Positions 50,101-59,256 of a stretch of 64,000 bases of DNA are shown piece after piece; the stretch's first letter is position 1; each line of letters opens with the position of its first letter. Under the pieces are notes generated by a model. It was given only the letters and a program-made list of their open reading frames with translations. It searched no databases and was not told where the DNA came from. A program made the position numbers and the translations under genes. This DNA comes from Convolutriloba macropyga (taxonomy: Eukaryota). The stretch spans positions 31,124,001-31,188,000 of the forward strand of contig NC_134481.1 of the NCBI RefSeq assembly GCF_964194025.1, written 5' to 3'.

Positions 50101-50546
50101 AACACTGAGTGCTTTAGCGAAGTATATTAATGAACACTAAAGCATTATAATTTTATATTCAGTATTGATTTTGGTTCTCAAACTCGTTTCTTTTGATCAA
50201 AATTTTTGGTTATTATTGCATGTATTATTATCGCTACAAACCTTATTATTGCAACCAAATTATCGCATATCTTGCCGACTCTCTGTTCTTTTGCAAGATA
50301 CACAAGATGTGCAAAAGCAAACAGTCTGTTTTTGAGGTCTTGCAAAAACCATCTGCAAGCAAGACTTCTTTTGAAAGACTTCCAGATGATAGCCTGTTTT
50401 CGCGAGAGATGTAAAAAGTCGGTCTGATTTCGCAATAGTCTTGTTAGATCTGGCATGATAACCGGATCACCTTGGCTAGAGCTCTTCACAAACTAACCTG
50501 TAACGTGGATAATGACCCCCAACAGCAACAGCATCAAAACTGGCAT
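17089..50546 (-). CDS. Multi-exon cadherin-repeat protein (signal peptide plus at least 6 EC domains; 13 exons, 674 aa recovered; 3' end not located)
   Basis: All 13 exons join in frame with matching phases and AG acceptors. 12 of 13 donors are GT; the donor after exon 9 is GG. Cadherin motifs: VSIPEDE, TGVNDERPYF, DPDND, MDYDD, QNLNDLP, INARTGDLCLNSQIDYE, IDDVNDERP, VTDPD, ISATDAD, SGEIRLRRPID. Confidence 0.92.
17915..18047 (-). CDS. Cadherin gene exon 12 (ITEVTAVNTLITTISATDADYP...FYYITG)
   Basis: Acceptor TTGCAG, donor CAG|GTCAGT, phases 0/1; follows a 13-kb intron. Confidence 0.9.
18491..19117 (-). repeat. Copia 3' LTR (627 bp)
   Basis: Direct repeat of 22643-23263; preceded on the minus strand by the PPT-like GTGGGGG (19118-19124). 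Confidence 0.96.
19120..22586 (-). pseudogene. Copia gag-pol pseudogene lacking most of the integrase
   Basis: ORF fragments 21894..22586, 21421..21897, 21118..21399, 20627..20938, 20382..20588, 20121..20375 and 19428..20066. Confidence 0.92.
22629..22642 (-). promoter_or_regulatory. Primer binding site GGTTATGGGCCCAG (copia-type, internal fragment of initiator tRNA-Met)
   Basis: Exact motif immediately after the terminal CA of the 5' LTR. Confidence 0.92.
22643..23263 (-). repeat. Copia 5' LTR (621 bp)
   Basis: Direct repeat of 18491-19117; plus strand reads TGTTGG...CTAACA; abuts the PBS. Confidence 0.96.
24960..28010. repeat. Two old direct copies of a 1.1-1.3 kb repeat (about 24960-26330 and 26905-28010)
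   Basis: Collinear shared blocks: GGGTTCATGTTCT, GCATAA(A/G)GATG, AGAAGAAGAGA, ATCGT.CCT.TCATT, GGTGAAT.TGAAGCAGAAT, GTTGAGGGCAA. Confidence 0.75.
24997..25320. repeat. Minisatellite, about 41-bp unit (GTTCTAAAATCCGGTTTTATGATTAGAACTACCGG-like), about 8 copies
   Basis: Recurring GTTCTAAAAT...GAACTAC motif with about 40-bp spacing. Confidence 0.85.
28095..29900. mobile_element. Dispersed repeat with an AAACAAGG plus hairpin terminus (Helentron/HINE-like), copy 1
   Basis: Terminus AAACAAGG, hairpin ATGTGC-gatg-GCACAT and GTTCCGACC; homologous to 39558 onward and to the reverse complement of about 39000-39293. Far boundary is approximate. Confidence 0.5.
30340..30812. repeat. Dispersed repeat, inverted partner of 35667-36180
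   Basis: GAGTATATAGTTC..GGTCGGAACAA at 30774-30813 is the reverse complement of TTGTTCCGACC..GAACTATATACTC at 35666-35706; the match extends about 450 bp. Confidence 0.8.
31074..31187 (-). CDS. Cadherin gene exon 11 (ITIQATDGVNTVTSYVWADILSSNDITPVL...PT)
   Basis: Acceptor TTACAG, donor GTTAGT, phases 0/0. Confidence 0.9.
31763..31881. mobile_element. 119-bp MITE with TIR CCCGGGTCGA and TA target duplication
   Basis: TA|CCCGGGTCGA ... TCGACCCGGG|TA, with internal GCGGTGAA/TTCACCGC motifs. Confidence 0.85.
31970..32253 (-). CDS. Cadherin gene exon 10 (DGQTAILTITIDDVNDERP...VTDPD...DSYK)
   Basis: Acceptor CATCAG, donor AAG|GTAAAC, phases 1/0; lies within ORF 31859..32284. Confidence 0.92.
33065..34670. 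repeat. Direct repeat pair of about 450 bp (33065-33510 and 34215-34670)
   Basis: Shared AATATATTGTTACAGGTTTA, TTTTCACTTGAGAATTTT, GATGTAGGTGGTGTTC, TAACCACAACTGGTATAATTTTC and GCTTGGGCGAATAAAGGTGTTTTTCC. Confidence 0.88.
35028..35328 (-). CDS. Cadherin gene exon 9 (VEAYDDGG...INARTGDLCLNSQIDYEQNQEYVLTVNVVRD...NIP)
   Basis: Acceptor TTTTAG, phase 0. The 3' boundary is inferred at CCAG|GGATAA (non-canonical GG donor, phase 1), so that coordinate is less certain. Confidence 0.85.
35392..35436. repeat. 45-bp palindrome (21-bp arms, one mismatch, 3-nt loop)
   Basis: TCATTTTCTGCCCTAAAAGTG-GCA-CACTTCTAGGGCAGAAAATGA. Confidence 0.9.
35667..36180. repeat. Dispersed repeat, inverted partner of 30340-30812
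   Basis: Reverse-complement similarity to 30340-30812, including GGTATCA.T.GAAAGCTCGTC.AGCG.AGAA.ATGGA.TTAAAA. Confidence 0.8.
36700..39950. mobile_element. Two opposed copies of the AAACAAGG-terminus repeat family; the left copy has internal 300-370 bp tandem units
   Basis: CCTTGTT at 39287-39293 and AAACAAGG at 39558, with arms that are reverse complements for several hundred bp. AACGGCTT(T/C)GACACC.GTTTT-like motif recurs at about 36935, 37575, 37940 and 38610. Outer boundaries are approximate. Confidence 0.55.
40587..40759 (-). CDS. Cadherin gene exon 8 (GSAVADYIGACEI...LQVTDWADP...VEVVVE)
   Basis: Acceptor GTTCAG, donor GTCAGT, phases 1/0. Confidence 0.9.
41321..41451 (-). CDS. Cadherin gene exon 7 (YIVRDGWSGSLARVECLDPD...SAT)
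   Basis: Acceptor TTGTAG, donor GTAACC, phases 2/1; the upstream intron is 88 bp. Confidence 0.9.
41540..41694 (-). CDS. Cadherin gene exon 6 (VAMRSLEVYLRVSD...VNIQNLNDLPLICYSSVVR)
   Basis: Acceptor TTCCAG, donor GTAAGT, phases 0/2. Confidence 0.9.
42223..42320 (-). CDS. Cadherin gene exon 5 (GEDAKFFKLSTDQ...AVEMDYDD)
   Basis: Acceptor GTTTAG, donor GTAAGA, phases 1/0. Confidence 0.9.
42801..43018 (-). CDS. Cadherin gene exon 4 (IDDSG...VEITGVNDERPYF...DPDND...YWLE)
   Basis: Acceptor TTATAG, donor GTAAGA, phases 2/1; overlaps ORF 42742..42990. Confidence 0.92.
43190..44600. repeat. Older degenerate relative of the GCGGTGAA/GTAAGAT MITE family
   Basis: AATTATGTAAGAT..AGTGAATGCG at about 43203 and TTATCTTACATATTTTT.CCAA at about 44564 parallel the two ends of 45932-47176. 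Confidence 0.5.
44672..44706 (-). mobile_element. Helitron-like 3' terminus (GC-rich imperfect hairpin, 7 nt, then CTAG|T)
   Basis: Minus strand reads GTGGCACGCACGCGAGGCATGGCC-AAAATAA-CTAG|T. Confidence 0.45.
45118..45198 (-). repeat. tRNA-derived SINE-like head (Pol III A and B boxes)
   Basis: Minus strand: A-box-like GCGCAGTGGAA, about 30 nt, B box GGTTCGAACCC, then a T run. No complete cloverleaf. Confidence 0.45.
45538..45666 (-). CDS. Cadherin gene exon 3 (ITCVPACTSTLDVVNGENGCIIVSQDEINFD...VTVK)
   Basis: Acceptor TTGCAG, donor GTAAGA, phases 2/2. Confidence 0.88.
45932..47176. mobile_element. Expanded MITE (TIR CCCGGGTCGAG) whose interior is a tandem array of palindromic GCGGTGAA-N10-TTCACCGC units
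   Basis: CCCGGGTCGAG at 45932 and CTCGACCCGAG at 47166. Repeated GCGGTGAAATTACATAAATTCACCGC-TTAACTTAGT units; a higher-order block of about 120 bp is nearly exactly duplicated (46321-46440 vs 46441-46560 region). Confidence 0.88.
47363..47501 (-). CDS. Cadherin gene exon 2 (DGANPVNPLTPPSTVSIPEDETKPG...LECS)
   Basis: Acceptor TTTCAG, donor GTAAGA, phases 1/2, open frame. Confidence 0.88.
48190..49482 (+). mobile_element. 5'-truncated, decayed CRE-type non-LTR retrotransposon (RT thumb, Zn finger, restriction-like endonuclease) in cadherin intron 1
   Basis: Conceptual translation across frameshifts gives FDNFQGETLEHI, AWQQARLPINVSGIGLR...NAAY, EKARIESL, APIPPLGLCLCPNEF, CPDC..LDVFGDCSIVC..ARHDKI, SRPE..LPSW..AALDVA, AIDAAEVRK and VMLVAR, in the order typical of CRE-clade proteins. 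Confidence 0.8.
50498..50546 (-). CDS. Cadherin gene coding exon 1 (signal peptide MPVLMLLLLGVIIHVT)
   Basis: ATG at 50546, hydrophobic 16-mer, donor G|GTTAGT, phase 1 matching exon 2. Confidence 0.8.
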
Positions 50547-51304
50547 CTCGTTTCCGAACTCTTTCCGTTTCCCAATTCTGTTGTTCTGGTTCCAATTTTC
50601 CAATAAATTTCACTCGGTAAATTTTGATGCAAAATAGAAAAGTTATTTGTGGTTATTGTTTATAACTGCTTTTGTTCTACTCTTTTATTAGTTGTTCAAA
50701 AAGTACTCATCGCAAAAGTTTGCTTGCGTGCGTTCAAGACAGCTCATTTTTCATTACAGAGTAGTGTGATTCCGACCGTGTTTACAACACATAAGTTTAT
50801 ATCTAAGTTTATCTTACTTTTAAACGTTTGTTTAACTGTACATTAGAAAAGGTTTGTGAATTTTGGTTTCTTATATTTTTGAACTAGAGCAATTTTGAAT
50901 TTGATGTTTTTCAACAATGACGTCAATGTTGTTTGGCAAATGGCTCTTGTAACCTGTCTTCAAAATGACACTTAAGAAACTGTGAAGATGAAAACAAAGA
51001 CAAAACACAAAAGCTCGGTATTTTTCGTTGAATGAAGTTTCTGATTTTCAATTTTGCTCACTTTTTTCAAAAATGTGAAACACAACTTATTGTTGTAATG
51101 GGTATCAAGGATGACCAAATTACTCTGACTGTGATCAGAAGGTAAAAAAATGATAATTTTTTCTTACCCCTCAAAATTTCCCAAAGGGCTTCAACTCTGA
51201 CTATGGATTCCAGAACTAAACTGCATTTAAATGACCATCAAATTGTTGCGTTCCTGGAACCCCTAAAAATTTGATTGATACCTTTTGTAAAGTTTCTAAC
51301 TAAC

Positions 51305-51638
51305 TGTGTTATAGCAGTAGAAATACTGGATGTATACCTCCAGCCAATCAGAGACCGAGAAGACACTATTCTCTTATATAAAGCGCATGCTGCACTAACT
51401 CTAGTCAGTCTGTTAGTTTAGATACACCATGTGTATACTCTCAAATCCGGTGCTGTCTTGTATTACCACTGTATTAAAATAAGTTTATCTTCAGTGCTTT
51501 ACAGAGTCGGTTTTTCTTAGAGATATAAGTAAGCCTAATTCACGCGCAGAAATAAGTAGCCCTAGCTCTTTATACCTTAAGGCTGTAAAAGGAGCCCACA
51601 AAGGGTCTGCCTTAACTGATTCGGCCAGTGAATTAACA
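51305..51638 (+). promoter_or_regulatory. Putative 5' LTR / promoter of the gypsy element
   Basis: Starts with TG; CCAATCAG (about 51344), TATATAAA (about 51375), TCAGT initiator-like sequence (about 51405); candidate end TTAACA at 51638. No partner LTR or clear PBS to confirm the limits. Confidence 0.5.
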
Positions 51639-53099
51639 AACTCTAACCGTAAAAAGAACTCACACGAAACCCACTATTCTTTTTTGAGAAAAAGACTTAG
51701 ACCTAGTTTATATAGTCTTATTTTTTTACACTTAAAATTTAGAAAACGGGAAAGACAATGCCAACAAATAATTTAATAAGTTACATAACAACACTATTAT
51801 TAACAAAACGAGCCGTCACACTGGCCAAACGTCATCCAGATTGGACACACATTCCGACAAATTACAATTAGTTGTTCTGGCACAACAGAACAAACGTCTA
51901 CTGCATAAAATTCTACCATTTAAAATCGCACATTATAAACAACAAGATGAACTAAACCTACTTTTAAACACAGCAAAACTAATCAAATACAACTATTTTG
52001 CAGTAGAGCAACAGCTATTTTTCTGTTTGCCAGATAGAGCTTCACATGTCTCACGAACAGCTTTCCTGTCATATTTATCGGAACTCAACTCAAAAAAGGC
52101 ACAATTCTTGAGCTGGTGCATTTAGAAAATCTTTATTTTTTGGAATTCAGAAACAACTAGCGTCAACACTAAATACCGCCGCGTTACTATCACACAATCG
52201 CTTGACAAGATATTTAGGGTTTTGATCATCTTATAAAGACGTACATAAGTTCCGTAAGGGATGCAGATTTACCGGAAGCCTTCACACATTTATCTTGGCT
52301 CATACACAAATTATTGAAAAGTTAAGAAGGACACATTTTTTCAGCAATAAAACTCATAGCAGTGAAACTCCCTCAATTAATGGATCAATTCCAGAAACAA
52401 AACACTTCCTTTATGACCCAAATTGGTTTTCAGAAAATTTTGTAACCATCACAGAAGTACCGTCTGAAATTATACAAGAAGTTACAATTAAACAAAGTAA
52501 TTTTCAAATTAAAAATTAAAATTCAGGAAATCAACCATTTACATTCACAAACATTACAGGAGACATAAATACATCCATAGAAGCATCACCAATAGAAAAC
52601 ATTGATACTCTAGCCCATTCACGATCAAAGGATTCTAATTTAAACGAAACCTCAGAAACAGACTATAATTCCACACTACTAGATGATGGAACACTTTTTG
52701 CATAACACACGCTTTCACTGAATGATTTTCAAAATAATGACAACTAAAATAATGTTAACGAGGTAGGTAATGATAACAATAATATAGAAATTTTTCTGAA
52801 AACCATAGAAACAGACAATCTGTGAATTCAACCAAATTAACACAAAATTTGGATCAACTAAGAATAACTCTTGAGCTAATCCCATATATAAATACATCTC
52901 ACGCTTATAAGGCAAAATTCAGTACCGTTTAACACTGAACCTGTCATTTTAAATACATCAACTCAACCAGCATCAACAAACAATCAAATTATACGATGAA
53001 CCCCTCAACAATTATTAAATTTTGTCAGACAATTTAATTCTCAAAATACTCAACAGACAAAAACGCTCCAAACCCTAACTATTTGACAGCAGCGTCTAC

Positions 53100-56000
53100 A
53101 CAAATACCTTCGACGGTAGTTAGAGGAAACAGAAATGATATATCCCTATTTAAGCGGTTCAATATCTATACAACAGTCTCTGAATCCGTCTGATGTTACT
53201 GTCTCCACATACACCACACAAGATTTTAAAATTAGTTAAACGCTATCACAGCGAACATGGTAATGACAGCAGGACCCGTACAAGTCGATTCAATTTTTCT
53301 TGAAGCATGAATTCTTCAACGAAGCGCCATGATACAAACAGCTTCAATTGACCCTGCACAGCAACGGTATTCAAGTTTATCGCTAGAAGTTAAACAGATC
53401 TGGCAAGCGTTTTGCAAAGAATTTCAAAACATCTTTGATAACAAAGAAATGCAAACACAAGCGAGACTAGTTTTAGAAAGCATAACAAGTGCTTCAGGAG
53501 GACAAATGAAGATCGATGTTTGAGAAATGCATAAATGAATCATGCACTTGTCAAAGCACTAGATCCACAACTAGCAAGAGTAGCTCTTAAAAAACTGCTC
53601 ATCAGAAATCACTAGCATTTGAAACACAGCATCCACTCGGACAGTTGGACAGAAAATACATCAAAAAGACATCACCAGAATGCATATAGCTGAATATAAA
53701 ATAAGCGCAAAGTCCATTCTTTCATCATCTTTAAATAATATATCTTTGGATAAAATAATCTCAGAGTAAATGATGTACGCACTACGGAACAAGATTTTGC
53801 ATATGGGATAACCGTTGTACAGCACAAGTACTCAAATGATTCAAAAATTTTGGTGAAATCACTATTCCTTTAAACACAGTCTTTCCACCTGCCCCGATAC
53901 AAAGTACATAAAACCACTTGACAAACCTAACTTTCAAAAGCAAACTTTTAATCAGGCAATGAACGGAAAACAGATCTTCCCAAATAATTAAATCATATCA
54001 AATTATATGACTGGTAAACAATTACTATTTCCTTACCGCTCAAGGAGCAGTATTAGAGAAAATCGAGACTGTTCTCGACACAGTAGCCTCAATATATCTT
54101 CATTTCCTAATTTCAAACCGTACTATGGAACCACCAATATAGCTGTAGACGACCAAGTAGAACGAGTTTATCATACCCGAGACAACAAAATTTTAACGCA
54201 GTAACTCTACTTAAAAAAAGAGAGTCACTGAACATTGTCTTAGACGCCCGTCAACTAAACACAATGATTGACGAAACTAAATGTACTTGGCCGATAGAAC
54301 CAATACAAATTATACTCACACGGATAAAGGGACCCCATTTTTTAATAGCTGGCATGAACAGCGCATATAACCAAATGCCATTAGGTAAACCCTCACAACG
54401 ACTCAAAAAATTATTTTATTGCGGGACAGCAATACTGTTTTAAACGATTGTTTTATGGTTTCTCTATCGACCTAGCCGCTTTTCCATCTTTCTTGACCAT
54501 TATATGTTAACCACTAATTCGTCAAAACAATGTCATCACGTATCTTGACGATGTATTCCTTTAAAATACCACAACAGACACAAAGATAAAAACTTTAGAC
54601 AAATTTGATAAAATTCTCATAACTGAAAACCTCAAAGCCGCTGCAGACAAGTTTTCTTTAGAATCAGTAAAATTTTTAGGACACCAAATCCAAAAAAACA
54701 TATACAATCACTTAAATCCAAAAAAGATAGTTTTAGAAAGCAACAACCACCTAAAAAAAGTACTAAACTTTGTTGGATTTTTAATATTTAACTCAAAATG
54801 TATTTAGAAGTTACAAGTAATCCTGAGACCCTTCTATCGAACTTAGAGATACAGTAGATTTTAAATGAACACTAGAAAAACAACAAACTTATGACAGCGT
54901 TAAGAAAGAATTCAAAGACGGCAAATTACGTTTTGCAATTTCTAATTCAGAAAAACACTTTTATGTTTTATGTGACGCCTGAAACTATGGCAACGGAGCA
55001 GCACTTCTTCAGAAAAATCAATTTGGAAAAACAAACTTGTTTTCGCGAACTCTCGTCTGTTTTCTACCACAGAATTCAGACTTTCAACCATTTTCCGATA
55101 ATGTGCTGCAATAACTTTTGCACTTTCGAAATACCTATGCCTTTTTCATGGGTCACAACACAATAATGTTTTAGATACTGACCATCAAACAATACTTTTT
55201 TATTCTCGCAATAGAAGAAACCAAATCACAGAGTTTACGAGTTTCAAATCATCATAATGAAATTTCCAAACTTAGATATGGTCTGCATAGAAGCAAAGAA
55301 CTTTTCACTTCCAGGCCTATTAAGGTTTTCACTCGCGACGACAACACGGTATGAACATCGTCTACAGACAGTCAAAATCCCTGATTGATTGAAAACCTTT
55401 ATGACTCATATCCAACAAACACATCTAATACAGTGCCACTATGCGCTGTCAAAAGAATTTATTAACACAGTAATTCCAGACACTGCTGTAGAGTCACTAC
55501 ACCTTCCTGTATATCCCAAATTAAAATGTAACTATTTCAAAGTACCACTAGAAAACAATCTCTATCATTCTGTCTCATACCACGATTATAAAAAAGCACA
55601 ACCGTTAGAGCAAGTGCACCACCATTAAATTCAACAGTTAACACAAAATCACCAACTCTCGAAACCCACCCTCAAATACAACACTCAGATGTTACACTAA
55701 ACATGAATAAAACAGAGCCTTTTACTCTCAAAAATAAACTATGCTGATCTGATAGATAGCATAAAATTTTCCTATCTCGCAAATTGATGATTCCCTACCT
55801 AAATCACCAGATTTATACAATTATTTTAATGACGAACAAACACAAGTCACTGGCAAATTTAACAAGCAACACAATAAAAGACCCTTTTTTTGACAAAGCT
55901 TTCTTTGGAAACAATTCAAAAATCGTCTTACTACTCCTAGTTTAACAATCAGAACAAATAAAGGAATTTTGCACTACTATAGACATTTCCAAGTTTTTGC

Positions 56001-56494
56001 GTAAACGAAATCAATCATTTTTAAAATTATCTCGAAGAGACACAATCGCCAAACATCTGTTTACTTTTTTCAGTTCTATTAACAGTATTTCATATTGCAC
56101 ACTCACACGTTCCTTCAGGCCATTCCGGTCGTGAAAAAAACCATTCGACAATAACGGAAAATTATTTTTTTCCAAACAAAAAACATGGATAGCAATAAAT
56201 ACACAAGTTTGCTGGAATTGCCAAATGAGCAATTTAAGGCCGAACCTCATTGCTCCACAAAATTCATTTTTTGGAATTTCATCATACTTCGACACCGTTT
56301 TTCAATGAACACAAAAAGTCCAATTTCTCCGTCTTCAGACGGAAACTTCTACGTCTATGTTTTAGTAGACGCACTTACACACTAGTTTGTTCTTCACCCT
56401 TCCCCCTGAAATGATGCAACAAAAGCATTAAATGTATTATTAGGCTATTCGATAGTCAAACTTCGGATTATCTGATACTTTAGTGACTGACAAT

Positions 56495-56496
<2 letters not shown>
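53100..56496 (+). pseudogene. Gypsy gag-pol pseudogene (protease and RT N-terminus apparently deleted; integrase truncated)
   Basis: Motifs as listed for the element. Only about 300 bp separate the gag C-terminal region from the RT LDAR motif and no aspartic-protease motif is visible; many stops. Confidence 0.85.
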
Positions 56497-56559
<63 letters not shown>

Positions 56560-56613
56560 ATATCCATTGTCAGTTACTAAAGTATCGGATAATCCGAAGA
56601 TTGACTATCCGAA

Positions 56614-56663
<50 letters not shown>

Positions 56664-56680
56664 ACATATATATATATATA
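56448..56680. repeat. (TA)n microsatellites with a 50-bp inverted duplication
   Basis: (TA)n at 56497-56563 and 56615-56680; 56448-56496 and 56564-56613 are near reverse complements. Confidence 0.95.
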
Positions 56681-59256
56681 AACCACTATTATAACACAAA
56701 AGTTTACCTCTCTTACTTTAACTAGCCAAGCAAAATTTAGCATATGCTCTAATTACACCTTAAATAGAAAGCCATTACAAATATAATTTCCCAGTTCTCC
56801 CACACGAAGGGGATGAAGATGATAACTCGGGTAGTTCTTTCACACCTCTTCCCTATAACACAATTATTTTCACTGAGAAAAATAACAAAGCTTATTGACT
56901 AAGCTAACAAAGAATGCGGACTATCCTTTCACCTGCTACCCTAGCAAAATCACAAAAACCCCTCCACCAGGAATTGGAAAAGAGGGAATTACAGGCCATT
57001 CCGCAGGACAATAAAAGAAAGTAAATTAACTAAAAGTTAAGTTAGAAGCCGACCCAGAGACCGGTCAGGCAATAATTGCCCAATCTAATGTCCTTAAACA
57101 GATATAACTTCTTAAGTTTTTTTCATCAAGAAGAAAAGTAGTGGTTAGACTGAATCACATCGTCTAAAAACACTTCGCAGCCCACCGTGCTTACAACTGA
57201 GTTGTTTTTCTTGCTCTCTCTTCTTAATTCAAAATTTGCTTGAAAATTTTCACTCATACCTCTCTCAACTCTTTATCAACTCTCAACATCTTGCTTTTGA
57301 AAGCCTCCTTTCTCAATTTTGCTTTGTAACTTGGAAAAACGTACTAAATTTCTCCGCTTTCACTCTGCTTTCTCTCAATAACTTGAAAGGTCTGTCTCAC
57401 TGCCCAGTGTTTTCAGCCACTCACACCACCGCAACTGAACCCAGACCAATCAACAATACAAGCTGATAAAACTCACAGAAGCACACACTATATCTCAAAT
57501 TACTTCTTTCAGTCTGACAGTATTGAAAGTTCATGTTTTCAACACAAAAGAGAAAGGTATGCAAATAATTTCACAACATAGACTTGAATTGTTGTATCGT
57601 ATGACTCCTTACACTGTTTTTTTAAATATATTCAAAGTTTTAAAACAAAACAGATACGTTTTCAAGATTTTTCTATAACATATACCACATTTGTGGATAG
57701 GCTTTTCAGATGAGAGAATTTAATAACGAACATACTGCTATCTTTTTTCTCCCAATCTTTTCACCACAAGCAACACAAGCAAAGTTCAGAACTTCTTTAC
57801 ATTGATATATTTCATACAAAAAATCTGGACGCTATTCCAGCTTCTTACGATACGATATAAAATGAATTAAGGAACTTCTTAAGTAAGATGAACAATATCA
57901 ACAACTCGAAAAACTGCAACCTGCATTATAACGCTGTAGATCCACACGTCGAAGAATTGTTAAGAGTTTTCTTGGCTGATTTTTAAAATCTCATCTATCA
58001 TCACAATGTCCTCCCACCAGATTCAACTTTCGCACCAATTTGAGTTAGTATTTCTACTTTACATTTAAAATTAATTGTAGTTCTATTTTCAATCATTGTA
58101 AAATATTCTATTGTGATCACTGCCCTACTCTGTGACAACAATTAACGTCACAATTGCTTCATCTATTCAACACCCAGCACTAACCCGAGTGCTCCCCTGC
58201 CCCAAAGCAACCAAGTTACTCATACAGTGACTCAACCAAATAAACCAACCCCAAAAAGTCATCATTTAAACTCTTTAAAAAAGTCACAAGCGCAAGAAAC
58301 CGAAAAACATTCCTACTCGGTCGTTACTACTGCCAAATCTTCAGATAGACATCATTCTACTGGACACCCCCCACTTTGTCCCACAGACAATACTCGGGTA
58401 CCCGCCTATCATATTCAAACGCAAGTACACCAAGCGCAAACACAACAACAACAACAACAACAACTAAATACACAAACTTTATTGCCGTACTCAGGCTTTA
58501 TTGCAAATGCAACTTTACAACAACCAAACACAACTTATACTCGTTCCACCACTAGCACCACAATCGGAGTTGATTAATTATTTGAACACACCACAATTAG
58601 TTACTCAAATAATAAGTTTTGCCAACGCTAATAAGACGCGTCACAAGATATTAGTCTTTTTTCAGACACTTCCACTTCTGATCCACTTAGTTCTGAATTA
58701 ATTAAATCAACTCAACCACAGATTGCAAGTCATTAATTTAGTCCACCACATGAACCTGTAAATAATTTTGACCGTAAATTTTCACTTGGTTACTGGAATC
58801 ACTATTATATATTCAATTCATCACCTTCTTTTCAATGTTCAATACCCACTACAACTTTACCACTAAAATCTGACCCAAAATTTGCAGTACCCTTTTCGGA
58901 GAGCACAATAATGGTAAACAACTATATAATTGGGCAAAGCAAAACATTACTAAATCCTATAAGATTTATTCAGTACAAAAACAACGAGCACACAATTTGC
59001 TAAAACAAAAAAAATCGCTTTCCCTCGAAAAAAACTGTAGTCGAACAAGAAAAATTAACCTCTCCGCTGCCCCGACTAATTTTCGTGTTAACTGAAATCC
59101 GTCACCCTTTATTTGTCAAGAAATACACTACAAATTTGACAGATACACAAAGAACACCTCAGGTTAATTTGTTTTCTATAACACTCACTCTGGACACATG
59201 ACAAATACAAATTCAATCATACTCCTAATTCTTTTATTCTGTGTACACCCTAACCC

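Noticed and set aside
51615-51835. GGCCAGTG / CACTGGCC inverted pair as a self-priming structure for the gypsy element
   Set aside because: Only 8 bp pair perfectly and the LTR limits are unknown; insufficient evidence.
56483-56725. YI-repeat ORFs
   Set aside because: They are translations of (TA)n microsatellite.
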